DNA of 64,000 nt from Mustelus asterias (Eukaryota). The stretch's first letter is position 1; each line of letters opens with the position of its first letter. Both the position numbers and the translations under genes were made by a program. The stretch covers positions 97,340,001 through 97,404,000 of the forward strand of contig NC_135809.1 in assembly GCF_964213995.1 (NCBI RefSeq). Direction: 5' to 3'. Below are positions 9,860 to 22,865 of the stretch, piece by piece. The notes beneath the pieces are model-generated. The model had not been told where the DNA came from and made no database searches. It was given only the letters and a program-made list of their open reading frames with translations.

Positions 9860-11420
9860 TTCAGTTCCGAGTTGATGAGCAGGAGCCTGAACTTCGGACA
9901 CTGTGATGCATCTGGGAGGGGTGAAATTACCTGGATACTTTGTTCTAAGAGGCAGTCACACCCCTTTGGCTTGGTACTACAGATCAGTGGCAGGAGGGTG
10001 TGGTCACAAATGAGCCAGGTATGGAGACCCAGAAAGTAGAAATGGATAAAACTGAACTCTTGCAATTGACTAACAGATTTGAGTCTCTTCCAACTTATAT
10101 GGATAAGAACAAGGACTGCAGGGGGATTAAGAAAATTGAACACGACACATGATACAGGGATCCATTCAAGTGGAGGGAGCAATATGAAATGTAGTTGCAG
10201 TATGGAACAATATAATTAGGGAGAATCGATACCATTCTCCACAGCCAGGAGCACGAGTCCCAAAGTCTGCATTGCCTGCTTGGTGCCAGGGGTAAGGACA
10301 TTGCCTCAAGGCTGGAGAGGAACTTGAAGTGGGAAGTGAAAGGTCCAGTTGGTGAGGTCCATGTGGATATCAATGATATAGGTATGACTGAGAAAGAATT
10401 CTATGAAGGGTATATGAGAGCTGGGGGCTAAATTAAAGGTAATAATCTCAAGATTACTTACTACATGAGCAAAGAGCAAATTGTCATGAGGTAGACAAGA
10501 TTAGAGAGCTGAATACATAGCTTAAAGATTGGAGTGGCAGAAATGGGTTTCAATTCATTGGGCAGTGGCAGTATTACTGGGGAAAGAAGGGGATGTACTT
10601 TGGGATGGTCTTCACTTGAACCGTGCTGGGGCAAGTTGTGTAATTAGGGCTGTAGAGAGTGCTTCTAACTAAACAGTTAGGAGATGGGGTTCACATGAAG
10701 GGAGATTTTTGAAAGTTAAAGACATGACAATAGTACAGGGTAGTGATGCGGGTAATGAAAATCAATATATGATAACAAGGGACAGAGCGTACAAACATAA
10801 GAGTGAACAGGCAAATAATTTGAGGGTACGGAGACAGAGTTGGCTAAAGTGGAATGGGAAAATAGGTTTAAAGGGAAGATGATGGAGAAACTGCCAAACA
10901 TTCAAGGAGATCATTAATTACTCTCAGCAAAGATATATTTAATTGGGAAAGAAAGATGCTGAGAAACATAAACCATTCATGGCCAACTAAGGAAAGGAAG
11001 GATGGAATCAAATTGAAATAAAATATAAAGTTTATTTGTTAGTCACATGTAAGGCTTACATTAACACTGCAATTAAGTTACTGTGAAATTCCCCCAGTCG
11101 CCAAACTCCGGCGCCTGTTCGGGTCAATGCACCTAACCAGCACGTCTTTCAAATGGAGGGAGGAAACCGGAGCACCGGAGGAAACCCATGCAGACACGGG
11201 GAGAACATGCAAACTCCACACAGTGACCCAAGTCGGGAATCAAACCCAGATCCATGGCACTGTAGATAGACAATGCTGCGAAGATTAGTGTTAGCCCAGA
11301 AGATTGAGAAAAATTTTAGAAAACAGAAAATTAAGTCAGAAAAATAACAGAGGGAGAAATTGATATCTGAAAGAAAATTAGCAAATATGATAAAACAGAC
11401 AGTAAAAGTATTGCAAAAGA
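9860..11420 (+). mobile_element. Old CR1 5' region (ORF1 SGNH-esterase remnant and ORF2 pieces)
   Basis: CLLGARGKDIASRLERNL..GPV..VHVDINDI and DGLHLNRAG resemble the CR1 ORF1 esterase blocks; heavily decayed. Confidence 0.7.
11026..11264 (-). mobile_element. tRNA SINE with Rex1-like tail (short variant)
   Basis: Same sequence and same internal deletion as 7601-7879. Confidence 0.85.
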
Positions 11421-11647
11421 AAGACTGCTCATATACCCTCAGTAGAATTCTTTCTTAGTCGTACCTTATATCATTGATACCCACATGGACCTCACCAACT
11501 GGATCTATTAAAGCATTGCATCTTGTGCTCATCAGGATTGATGCAAGAATACACAATTTCAAAGGGAGCAACAAATTACACTGCATGAGAAAAGGGTGCT
11601 GATTGGTTGGCAAGTTGACTCTGATTGGTTGGGACGTTGCTATGTGA

Positions 11648-11955
11648 GCGGCATGTTGGCACAGTGGTTAGCACTGCTGCCTCACAGCGCCAGGGACCCT
11701 GGTTCAATTCCCGGCTTGAGTCACTGTCTGTGTGGAGTCTGCACGTTCTCCCGGTGTCTGTGTGGGTTTCCTCCAAATGCTCCGGATTCCTCCCACAGTC
11801 TGAAAGATGTGCTGGTTAAGTGTACTGGTCATGCTAAATTCTTCCACAGTGCACCCGAACAGGTGCCAAAGTGTGGCGACTAGGGGATTTTCACAGTAAC
11901 TTCATTGCAGTGTTAATGTGAGCCTGCTTGTGACACTTATAAACAAACTTTAAAC
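11648..11955 (+). mobile_element. Full-length tRNA SINE with Rex1-like tail (long variant)
   Basis: tggcacagtggttagc A box, ggttcaattcc B box, conserved core, tail gcttgtgacacttataaacaaactttaaac. Confidence 0.88.
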
Positions 11956-12220
11956 AGAGTGGATACATTAGAAAATTATTGTTCCCCGCCCTTACTTAAT
12001 TCAAAGAAAGGTGCAATACCTGAACATGTTCCTTTTGCCTGTAGAGGACAGATTCCTGCCTATGAATATATGTAGCTTCCAGCAAATATAAGTGAGCCAC
12101 ATTGCATGCTCAACGGATCATTTTAAATTAGTATAATTCTTAGCACACTTGAGATTATTCAACAAGTGCCATCCAATCATGGAATCACATCTAAAATTAG
12201 ATATTATGTTTTGAGTTTTG

Positions 12221-13417
12221 AAGTCACTGTACCACAAGCCCATGGATAACCTCACGATGCTCCACTTCTCCAGCTTCCAACCTAAACACGTTAAAGACGC
12301 CATCCCCTACGGACAAACCCTCCGTATACACAGGATCTGCTCAGATGAGGAGGATCACAACAGACACCTCCAGACGCTGAAAGGTGCCCTCATAAGAACA
12401 GGATATGACGCTCGACTCATCGATCGACGCGCCACAGCGAAAAACTGCACCGACCTCCTCAGAAGACAAACACGGGACATGGCGGACAGAGTACCCTTCG
12501 TCGTCCAGTACTTCCCCAGAGCCGAGAAGCTACGACATCTTCTCCGGAGCCTTCATTGATGAAGACGAACATCTCGCCAAGGCCATCCCCACACCCGCAC
12601 GTCTTGCCTTCAAACAACCGCACAACTCAAACAGACCATTGTCCGGAGCAAACTACCCAGCCTTCAGGAGAACAGTGACCACGACACCACACAACTCTGC
12701 CACAGCAACCCCTGCAAGACGTGCCGGATCATCGACACGGATGCCATCATCTCATGTGAGAACACCATCCACCAGGTACACGGTACATACACTTGCAACT
12801 CGGCCAACGTTGTCTACCTGATACGCTGCAGAAAAGGATGTCCCAAGGCATGGTACGTTGGGGAGATCATGCAGACGCTACAACAACGGATGAATGAACA
12901 CCGCTCGACAATCATCAGGCAACAGTGTTCTCTTTCTGTTGGGGAACACTTCAGCGGTCACGGGCATTCGGCCTCTGATCTTCGGGTAAGCGTTCTCCAA
13001 GGCCTTCATGACACATGACAATGCAGAGTCGCTGAGCAGAGACTGATAGCCAAGTTCCGTACACATGAGGACGGCCTCAACTGGAATCTTGGGTTCATGT
13101 CACACTATTCGTAACCCCCACGACTTGCCTGGGCTTGCAAAATCTCACTAACTGTCCTGGCTGGAGACAATAGACATCTCTTTAACCTGTGCTTAACCCT
13201 CTCTCCACTCACATTGTCTGTACCTTTAAGACTTGATTACCTGTAAAGACTCGCATTCCAACCATTATTTCATAAATTGAGCTTGTGTCTTTATATGCCC
13301 TGTTTGTGAACAGAACTCCCAGTTACCTGATGAAGGAGCAGCGCTCCGAAAGCTAGTGGCTTGTGCTACCAAATAAACCTGTTGGACTTTAACCTGGTGT
13401 TGTGAGACTTCTTACAG
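12221..13417 (+). mobile_element. Younger Penelope-like element, 5'-truncated (RT thumb, GIY-YIG endonuclease, pLTR)
   Basis: SLYHKPMD..HFSSFQPKHVKDAIPYGQTLRIHRICSDEED; TCNSANVVYLIRCRKGCPKAWYVGE..QRMNEHR; 3' end with hammerhead motif and aataaa. Confidence 0.9.
13323..13359 (+). ncRNA. Minimal type I hammerhead ribozyme in PLE terminal repeat
   Basis: ttac-CTGATGA-a-ggagc-agc-gctcc-GAA-AGCT-A-gtgg: catalytic boxes, 5-bp stem II, palindromic stem III. Confidence 0.75.
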
Positions 13418-14171
13418 TTATTGGGATGTACAGCCTACATACCTGGCATCACACTGAAATCCTTATATCACAGTACTCATTTGTGGGATAGGCACAATGT
13501 CATTTTGACTTGTTAGCAGCATCCTGTTTGTGGGAAGAATTTGTGTTGCTGCTGCATAGTAGCAACATCGTAGTGTCTAGCTTCATCTGTTGCTCAAATT
13601 TATTGTCTATTACAACCTATCCTCACTTGTCAGTACCTATATTGGGATTCCTACAGTTCCACACACTATATGCTTGACCTTATTGACAATCTTGTAAATG
13701 GGGCCCAACCCATTTGCTCACTATGCTAGCTGAAATAGGGCAGCTCAGAGCTATCCTCTGGGAAAGTGGCTACCTTGATCAGATCATTGCTGGCTGTATA
13801 TTGCACATACATATGGATAGGCCTAAGGCTGCCACATTTGGACCTGAAAAGTGCCTAGCCTACTTCAAATCACCCTGGAAGTAAATGTATTTCAAAAAGA
13901 AATAACCTGATATGTGGTTATGATCATCTGATCCTTAGGGGTTTGCATGAGCCATGAGGCCCTTGTTTCTCTTCTTTCCTGTATAGAGGGTTCATTCTTT
14001 CTTTAGCAGCAGTCAAATGGCAGGCCCTTGCAGGATACTACAGAAATTGTAAAGATGCAGTGGTTAAACATAGAAGATAGGAGCAGGAGGAGGCCATTTG
14101 TTTAGCTGATATAAAGCTGGAGTTTTGAAAACTGAGGAAAAGAAATCTGGATTCGGTAAAAAAATTATTCT

Positions 14172-14444
14172 ATAAAGTTTATTAGTGTCATGAGTAGGCT
14201 TACATTAACGCTGCAATGAAATTACTGTGAAAATCCCCTAGTCACCACACACCAGCACCTGTTCGGGTACACTGAGGGAGAATTTAGCATGGTCAATGCA
14301 CGCAACCAGCATGTCCTTCCAACTGTGGGAGGAAACCAGAGCCCCCAGAGGAAACCTATGCAGAGTCCTCACAGTCACCCAAGCCAGGAATTGAACTTGG
14401 GTCCCTGGAGTTGTGACACAGCAGTACTAACCACTGCGCCACCG
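14172..14444 (-). mobile_element. tRNA SINE with Rex1-like tail (long variant)
   Basis: Reverse complement matches 11648-11955. Confidence 0.85.
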
Positions 14445-15168
14445 GGTTTTGATTCCTTATGAAAGAATGAATTAGAATAGTATACAATGCCATGAAACTG
14501 GCTGATAAGAGAGATTTTAAGCCTACCTGCCTGTAGAAAAGGGATGGTTGTGCATTTAAAAGCGCCCTGGTTATTTCCCTGCCCCCAAGTTGCTGCATGC
14601 CATTGCATGCATTGTACAAAGCCTTCTTAACCGGGAGTGGATTGCAACACAGGATGGAGGATGGATGTTGCAGTGATTTTCCTGTTACATTCTCTGGAGA
14701 TCAATGTCTGCTTCTCAACCATTCCCAACCTCTGGACCATCAGCATGTCACTGAGGCTGAGGAGATAAAATATCCAGGGTCAGATTTCTAGTGGCGGACA
14801 AATTTCCAACTCCCCTGGTTTCCCACCCAGAGTTAAATCAGGAAATTGATTATGCCACAGTGAAAATGCAGGAAGGAGGATGTTCTAAAGACAATGGTGA
14901 AAATTACAAAAGAAATTGGGAACACATAGAGTTAAAAGATTCTGGGAAGTTTTAAATGGGGATGTGCATATAATTCATTTCCAGCTTTCTTGCACAATAT
15001 GTGATCTTGCTTTTCACTTAGGCAGCTGGTGTGAAAATTATTTTTGAATTGGAAACTTTCCAAAATATGTGAATCACACGGTGCATTTCGTTCTTGGCTT
15101 CAGGTTACTCAGGCATGCTTAGAAATTTCATCTGTAACAGAAGTAGTCCAGCCCATTTTAAACACTAT

Positions 15169-15294
15169 GGGGTAAAGTTCAATTTCAGTGGGGGTACAAA
15201 ATGGATTGACTGCCCATTGTACACCCTGGATATAACAGGTGGCCGATCTGCTATCACTCATGTTGTGCCCCCACCAAGGTTGAATTTTAACCCC
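15169..15294. mobile_element. Short palindromic MITE-like element
   Basis: ggggtaaagttcaa ... ttgaattttaacccc inverted ends, flanked by tat/tac. Confidence 0.55.
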
Positions 15295-15439
15295 TACATC
15301 TCCAGTTCGTCATTTTTCAGATTTAACTTTATCTGCGGATTTATTAACCCAGGAATAAGGATGAGAAATACATCCCGTCATGTAATGCTGTATTACATTC
15401 TCAGACTATGTCAAGATATTTTACAACTTTTGAACTACA

Positions 15440-15748
15440 GGGTGGCACGGTGGCACAGTGGTTAGCATTGCTGCCTCACAGCGCCAGGGATCCGGGTTCA
15501 ATTCCGGACTGGGGTCACTGTCTGTGTAGAGTTTGCACATTCTCCCAGTGTCTGCGTGAGTTTCCTCCGGGTGCTCCAGGGTTTCCTCCTACAGTCCAAA
15601 GATGTGCGGGTTAGGTTGATTGGCCATGCTAAATTGACCCTTAGTATCAGGGGGATTACATGGGATTATGGGGCTAGGGCCTAGGTGTCAGTGCAGACTC
15701 AATGGGCTGAATGGCCTCCTTCATCACTGTAGGGATTCTATGATTATG
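15440..15748 (+). mobile_element. HE1-like SINE (CR1-type tail)
   Basis: tRNA head, conserved core, ...tgggctgaatggcctcct...gggattctatgatt end. Confidence 0.88.
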
Positions 15749-15759
15749 GTTAGGTAGAG

Positions 15760-15980
15760 AAGCAAAAGAGCCAGTTATGTGCACAATTTGCCGCAAACAG
15801 TAATTTAATGTATGATCAAAAAATCTATTTCTGTTGGTGGTGTTTGAGAGAGCACCTCGTGCTTATCTGTAAATTGAGCATTTGGATATTTTACATCTAC
15901 TTAACCAGGCAGACTCAGCTTAAATGTCTCTGAAAGATGACACCTCCAGTGATGCAAAACTTCCCCTGTTCTGCACTCAT
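15760..15980 (-). mobile_element. Ancient SINE remnant (DeuSINE/SacSINE1-like)
   Basis: ttttacatctactt...ttaaatgtctctgaaagatgacacctcc resembles the reverse complement of the Deu domain (recalled similarity only). Confidence 0.4.
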
Positions 15981-17562
15981 GTATGTGCATGGATAATGGT
16001 GGGATTTGGTTCACAGAACAAACCTAATGTGAGCACTGTTTATGCCATTTTAAAACATCTATTGTACTTGTTCTATTGACTCACGCTGGAATCTCAAAGA
16101 TTGAAACTTACCATTGGTGATCCAGTCATATCGCTGGGCTGCTGGATGGAGAATCTCCCAATGGAAGGTCAAAAGCCAGCAGCATGTTTAACCCAGAAAT
16201 AAAAAGGAATTATCTGGAAAGGAAGTAAAGGTGGAGGCGTAGGAAATAATTATTTCCTCCAGCTCCACCTCTCAAGAACCCTATCCTGTTCCACGACGGC
16301 ATTTCGTTTTGATACAGTCTTTGACTAGAGCCATTTTAATGCTACTGGCTGGGTGCAAACTGGATTGAGGGTGCTGGATTTTTCTGTAGGAGGCAGGAGT
16401 CAGGAAAGGAGACTATTCCTGTATCCCATTCCTGGCAGAAGGAGCCACCCAGGCCCAGAGATGGGCCTGTTGCTTAAATTGAGTGGTGGTGGTGGTTGAT
16501 GGTGGGGGTGGGTAAAGTGGGCTGAGTCCAGATTAAAAGGCCTGCATTGCCAGAAAGCCTCAGTCCGGTTCTTCCAATGCAATCAGTGGCTCATCCATAT
16601 ACGGTTGAACCTTCTGACCACTTTGAATCCCTCTCACCCGATGCGTCACTCCCTCACCTCATTCCTTCAGCCATTATCCACATTTATGAACAGAACATTA
16701 TAATAGTTGGAAGCTGCTGAATAGCCCATAGAACTCCCTGAGTAAACAAACTTCCTTCTCAAACCAGCTGTGCAAACAGAATGAAGCATTTGTGAAATGA
16801 TTAAGCAGTCAAGAGCCCACAACTCTCCCAAATTAAACAAACTGACTTCAGAATTGCCATCTCAACAGATGTCCTGATTGATAGCATGACAGCAAAATTA
16901 TAAGATATTGTTTTAACTCAAGGCTACACTTCCAGTGCTGTAAAATGTACCATTGTATCCATTTCATTAACTTTCTTTTAACCAATCTGCTGACTTTATC
17001 ACATTTACAATGATGATCTTTGGGTTGCCAGTTTGCAGCAGTGACAATTATGGAAACAAATGGGAACAGGTTTTCAACAAGTCAGGGGCCTTTTAAAAAT
17101 AGCAGGCAGGGCCTAATTCCAAAATTACCACCCACTTCCTGGTTTTGGCAATTTTTGTTGGTGGGGGATAAGAATGGAGGTACCCGTCCCACACTTTGCA
17201 CTCCCACCTGTACTGGCTGTATTGCAGGCGTGGCCAGTTTAGAGTTAGGGTTATCTTTGTGAAGTTGAGCCCCACCCCCCCCCCCCCTGCAAGAATGCAT
17301 GGGTTCATTGCATCTCGGAAGAATTGCGAACTATGGGGAACAAAAGTCCCAAATAGGGAACCAAAAAAAGTCACCTGCTGGAATTTTTTCATTGACAGAT
17401 TTTGTAATGTAAAAAAGTCTGTTCCTTCAAGTTCAATAGTTAGGTGCTGTATAATGAAGTAGATATATTTTTAGTGCAATGATTGATTAAGTTGACTATT
17501 ACATTGATCAGTAATGTGTAAATATTGAGATGCATTAAAATACATTTCCTATTGGGAAATGT

Positions 17563-18480
17563 TGGCCCAGATTCTCCCCAAACAAAACTAAGTGCCCAAC
17601 AGGCAGGAAAATGGGAGTATTTCCCGCTCGTTTTTTGGGTGTACTTACCAAAGCGAATCTCCGACACTCTGCGCATTGCCAAGTGCCTCAGCGTAATTCA
17701 CTCTGGTAAGTAGGGGGCAGGACCTATTCTTTCCCAAGAGGCCAGCAGCATATTGCTGAGTGGGCCACTGCACATGCGCTGATCTGTCAGAGCGGAGATC
17801 AGCGCATGTGTAGTGGCCCACTCGGCCTCCCGATTGCTGGCCAACCCTGCAATCCCCCAATCGCTGGCCTCGCAGACCCCCCCACCTCCCAATTGCTGGC
17901 CAGCCTCAATGTCCCCTCCCACTGCCCCCCCCTCCCCCCCCACAGCCAGCCCTGATCTCCCCACCATCCCAATGAACAAACCCAACCCCCATCCCGATGG
18001 CCAGTTCTGATAGCCCTCACGCCCTCCTCCACTGATTCTGATTGCAGATTGGTAATGGGTCCCTCCTCCCATCGATCACCCACCAATTAGGTCCTGCTCC
18101 ACAGTATGCCCTGCTCCTTCAGACCCCAGTGGCACCCAGCAGGCAGTGCCAAGGTGCCCAGTGGGTAGTGCCAGGGTGCCAGGCTGGCATAGCCAGGCTG
18201 ACACTGCCTAAGAGGCACCCCCTTTACCCTCAATCTCACTGGGGGCCTCAATGGCCTCTGTTCCCTCCAGCGGGGTCAGGACGCCTGTTCCCCATTAGTG
18301 GGGAGTCATAAGTGCTGCTGGAGGGAACCACCCCTGGTGGGGGGAGACGCTAGTGGGCCCGGAGAATACTGTCCTGGGTTCGCTAATCGTATTGAAATCC
18401 TAATTTCAAAATGATAATCAGCTCTGCGCGATTTCCAGCACAGAGCTGATTATGCTAAAAAAGAGTGCCTGCGAGCCTCC
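17563..18480. mobile_element. GC-rich non-autonomous DNA transposon (MITE-like, probably Harbinger-type)
   Basis: Begins ggcccagattctcc; C-rich repeats and ggcagtgcc motifs shared with 30683-31560, 37455-38316 and 43127-43965. Confidence 0.55.
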
Positions 18481-19081
18481 ATTTTGCATTCAAAACTGAA
18501 GAAAATGCGATTTGGTAACTTTAGGTGCCATGTTCTGAAATTATTGAAATCCCAACCCTTCAAATAAAGTCTGCAGATTTCACTTAGATTAATAAAACAG
18601 ACACCCGCTGTTTGTGCGCATTGATTGACAGGGTACCTGGTGTAGAAAAAAAACAATAGTAATGTTTGTTTAATTTCAATTGGCTTCATTATTTGTAAGC
18701 AGCAATGATTTGTTATTATAGATAAATTCATTATTAATGTTTGGCTTAGTTTCAGTATGAAGTTGGCTTGAGGGAGAGTTCTACTAGATTGTTAGAAGTT
18801 TATTTTTCATCTCCATTTCAAAGACATGGCTCTTGAGGTCTACTCATCATTGACACTGAGCGAGCTGTTATGGAGGATAGATGGGCAGAGTGAAGAGGAA
18901 AGGTAAGTATAAGGGGAAATGGAGGTGGCATGAGGAAAATAAAGAGGGATGGAGGAGAATGTGGGGTGGATGGAGTTGAAGGATGAAAGTTTGAGGGCCT
19001 GACATGATCTTTAAAATTGGGCCAATGTCCCAGTAAATGGAAATGGGTATTCTAGCCTGCTGGCCTGACCATCCACTTGAC

Positions 19082-21337
19082 TCATAGAGTCATAGAGTCA
19101 TAGAGGTTTACAGCATGGAAACAGGCCCTTCAGCCCAACTTATCCATGCCGCCCTTTTTTTAAAAAACCCCTAAGCTAATCCCAATTGCCTGCATTTGGC
19201 CCATATCCCTCTATACCCATCGTACCCATGTAACTATCTAAATGCTTTTTAAAAGATAAAATTGTACCTGCCTCTACTACTAACTCTGGCAGCTTGTTCC
19301 AGACACCCACCACCATCTGTGTGAAAAAACTGCCCCTCTGGACACTTTTGTATCTCTCGCCTCTCACCTTAAACTTATGCCCTCTAGTTTTAGACTCCCC
19401 TATCTTTGGGAAAAGATATTGACTATCTACCTTGTCTATGCCCCTCATTATTTTATAGACCTCTATAAGGTTACCCCTCAGACTCCTTTGCTCCAGAGAA
19501 AATAGTCCCAGTCTATTCAGCTTCTCCTTATAACTTAATCCATCAAGTCCCGGTAGCATCCTAGTAAATCTTTTCTGCACTCTTTCTAATATCCTTTCTA
19601 TAATAGGGTGACCAGAATTGCACACAGTATTCCAAGTGTGGACTTACCAATGTTTTGTACAACTTCAACAAGACGTCCCAACTCCTGTATTCAATGTTCT
19701 GACCGATGAAACCAACCATGCCGAATGCCTTCTTCACCACTCTGTCCACCAAGGAGCTATGAACATGTACCCCCAGATCTCTTTGTTCTGTAACTCTCCC
19801 CAACGCCCTACCATTAACTGAGTAAGTCCTGCCCTAGTTCAATCTACCAAAATGCATCACCTCGCATTTGTCTAAATTAAATTCCATCTGTCATTCATCA
19901 GCCCACTGGCCCAATTGATCAAGATCCCGCTGCAATTGGAGATAACTTTCTTCATTGTCCACTATGCCACCAATCCTGGTGTCATCTGCAAACTTACTAA
20001 CCATGCCTTGTATATTCTCATCCAAACCATTAATATAAATGACAAATAACAGTGGGCCCAGCACTGATCCCTGAGGCACACCGCTGGTCAAAGGCCTCCA
20101 GTTTGAAAAACAACTCTCTACAACCACTCTCTGATTCTGTCAAGAAGCCAATTTTGTATCCATTTAGATACCTCACCCTGCATCCCGTGAGATTTAACTT
20201 TATGCAACGACCTACCATGCGGTACCTTGTCAAAGGCCTTGCTAAAGTCCATGTAGACAACATCAACTGCACTGCCCTCATCTACCTTCTTGGTTACCCA
20301 TTCAAAAAACTCAATCAAATTTGTGAGACATGATTTTCCATTCACAAAGCCATGCTGACTGTCCCTAATCAGTCCTTGCATCTCTAAATGCCTGTAGATC
20401 CTGTCTCTCAAAATACCTTCCAACAATTTACCCACCACAGATGTGAGGCTCACTGGCCTGTAGTTCCCAGGCTTTTCCCTGCAGCCCTTTTTAAACAAAG
20501 GCACAACATTTGCCACTCTCCAATCTTCAGGCACCTCACCCGTGACTATCGATGATTCAAATATCTCTGCTTGGGGATCCGCAATTTCCTCCCTAGCCTC
20601 CCACAACGTCCTGGGATATACTTCATCAGGTCCCGGGGATTTATCTACCATGATGCGCTTTAAGACTTCCAGCACCTCCTTCTCTGTAATATGTACACTC
20701 CTCAAGGCATCACTATTTAATTCCCCAAGTTCCCTAACATCCATGCTTTTCTCAACAGTAAATACTGATGAGAAATATTCATTTAGGATTTCACCCATCT
20801 CTTGTGGATCTGCACATAGATGACCTTGTTGATCCTTAAGAGGCCCTACTCTCTCCCTTGTTACTCTTTTGCCCTTTATGTATTTGTAGAAGCTCTTTGG
20901 ATTCTCCTTTGCCTTATCTGCCAAAACAATTTTGTGTCCCCTTTCTGCCCTCCTGATTTCTTTCTTAACTCTACTCCTATGCCACTTATACTCTTCAAGA
21001 GATTCACTTGATCCCAGCTGCTTATGCATGTCATGTGCCTCTTTCTTCTTCTTGCCCATGGCCTCAATATCCCGAGTCATTCAGGGTTCCCGACTTCTGC
21101 CAGCCTTGCTCTTCACTCTGAGAGGAATGTGTTTACCCTGAACCTTGGTTAACAAACTTTTGAAAGCATGCCACTTACCAGACATCCCTTTGCCTTCCCA
21201 CAGACTCCCCCAATTAACTTTTGAAAGTTCCTGCCTGATACCATCAAAATTGGCCTTGCCCCAATTTAGAATTTTAACTTTTGGGACAGACCTATCATTC
21301 TCCATAGCTATTTTAAAACTAATAGAATTATGGTCAC
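19082..21337 (-). mobile_element. Young CR1 LINE, 5'-truncated (ORF2 RT region)
   Basis: 320-aa ORF 20118-21080 with PGNYRPVSLTS, QHGF, YMDFSKAFDKVPH; GVPQGSVLGP and KFADDT; (actctatg)n tail. Confidence 0.95.
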
Positions 21338-22719
21338 AAAATACGAGCTAAGTTTCAGGTTTCAGCTATAATACCACAAGGCCAAGGCCTCCAAACTCTG
21401 CTGTCTACTTCTGCTTACCTCTTGAGGTGGCAGATTCAATCCATCCTGCCATCTTGGATGAAAATAAGGCAGACAGAGGCCTTTTTAAAGGAGCAGGGTC
21501 TGTCAGGTAGGGAAGTTTCCCAACTGACATTCCTGCCTTCTCCATGAAAATCCAGCCCCTCGTTACATCCTCCAATTATAGAGCTATCAGGACTCATCTT
21601 ATTGGCCATAAATGCAACTTGTGTGAAATGCTCTAATTATAAAAGAGGCAAAAGCATTTTATTTACCGTTGAAATTCTTCCTGCTTCCAACCCATGGTTC
21701 ACTCCTCCAGCTTCACCTCCTGATTGATCACCAACCGCTGCAATCTGGTAAATGACCCAAGTGGTAAAGTCCTAGTTTTGACCTTCCTCAGAAAATCTGG
21801 ACAACCTTCCAATTGTTGAGGCTCCTTGCCCCACAAGTGAAACATGAGCAACTGTACATCCTTCTAGAGAGATCCATTCTTGGAGGCATCATAGTCATTG
21901 ACATTGTGCCAGCTGAAGTTATTGAATGGATTGTTAACCTCGATATTGAACTATTACTGATTTCTCAGGCATAGGAATAAAAAAAACTCCTCCATAATGT
22001 TGGTGTAAGATCCAACAGCTGCTAAAGTCTGGGTTCCTCTGTCATTTGTTAAGAAAAATCTACTGTCGACAGCCTTTTAATCAGCCCATAATGTAGTTAA
22101 TTGCTCTTTAATAAGAGTAAGCTTGCTCTAGGTTCCGTTCCCTCCCCTGCCCTTATGGAAATGGCCATGGGGGGAGATGGAATTTCCAGAAGTGCAGCTC
22201 AGCGGCCATTTTCCTGGTGTTGCCTCCATTTGGCTCAGACTGGGACTCTGAACATCCGGCCTAAGCTACCTGAGGATGAATTGGTGGGCATGGAACTGGG
22301 TAGCAAACACATGTTTGAGGACTTTAGAAAGCAAACAGTTGAAGGAGATTGGGTGAAAATTGGAGGGGGTGAAGAAGTAACGGTAATTGTTTTTTAGAAG
22401 TTTAATAACAGATTTAAAAAGTAGATTGGCAGAAGCTGAAGAGGGTGATCATTGAAGATGTCATGGATTATCCACCTGAGCATTGATAGTTCGGATGAAG
22501 TTAAGTTGGGAGGGAGTTGAGGGCTTTGGAAGAAAAATGGGATTTCTCAGGTTTAAGAGAGCTGTACAATGATAATATGTATGGCTCGAGAATATTAGAG
22601 ACTGTGGGGAGAGGAATAGGATGTGAGAGAAAGTAGCTGAGGCAGCAGATTGGATGAGGTTGATCTTGGATTGATCCTCACATTTGGGTCTGGATTTTAG
22701 CCTGGAGGTGGTTCCATGT

Positions 22720-22865
22720 CTGATTTGATTCATTATTGTCACATGTATTAGTGTACAGTGAAAAGTATTGTTTCTTGCATGCTATACAAAGCATACTGTA
22801 CATAGGGAATGAAAGGAGAGAGTGCAGAATGTAGTGTTATAGTCACAGCTAGGGTGTAGAGAAAG
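22720..22865 (-). mobile_element. Rex1-like LINE 3' end fragment
   Basis: Reverse complement of the 24285-24442 tail. Confidence 0.8.

Larger units (their letters stand above)
11500..13890 (-). mobile_element. Old Penelope-like element, interrupted by a SINE and a younger PLE, with its 5' part inverted
   Basis: Minus strand: KFEQQMKL...STVI*GFQCDARYVGCTS (GIY-YIG) at about 13420-13600 and DSMIGWHLLNNLKCAKNY...LEATYIH at about 11990-12220. Plus strand 13600-13890: RT thumb ...ESGYLDQII...FGPEKC. Confidence 0.7.

Noticed and set aside
15440-15520. tRNA genes
   Set aside because: The A/B boxes belong to SINE heads and continue into SINE core and tail; no complete cloverleaf.
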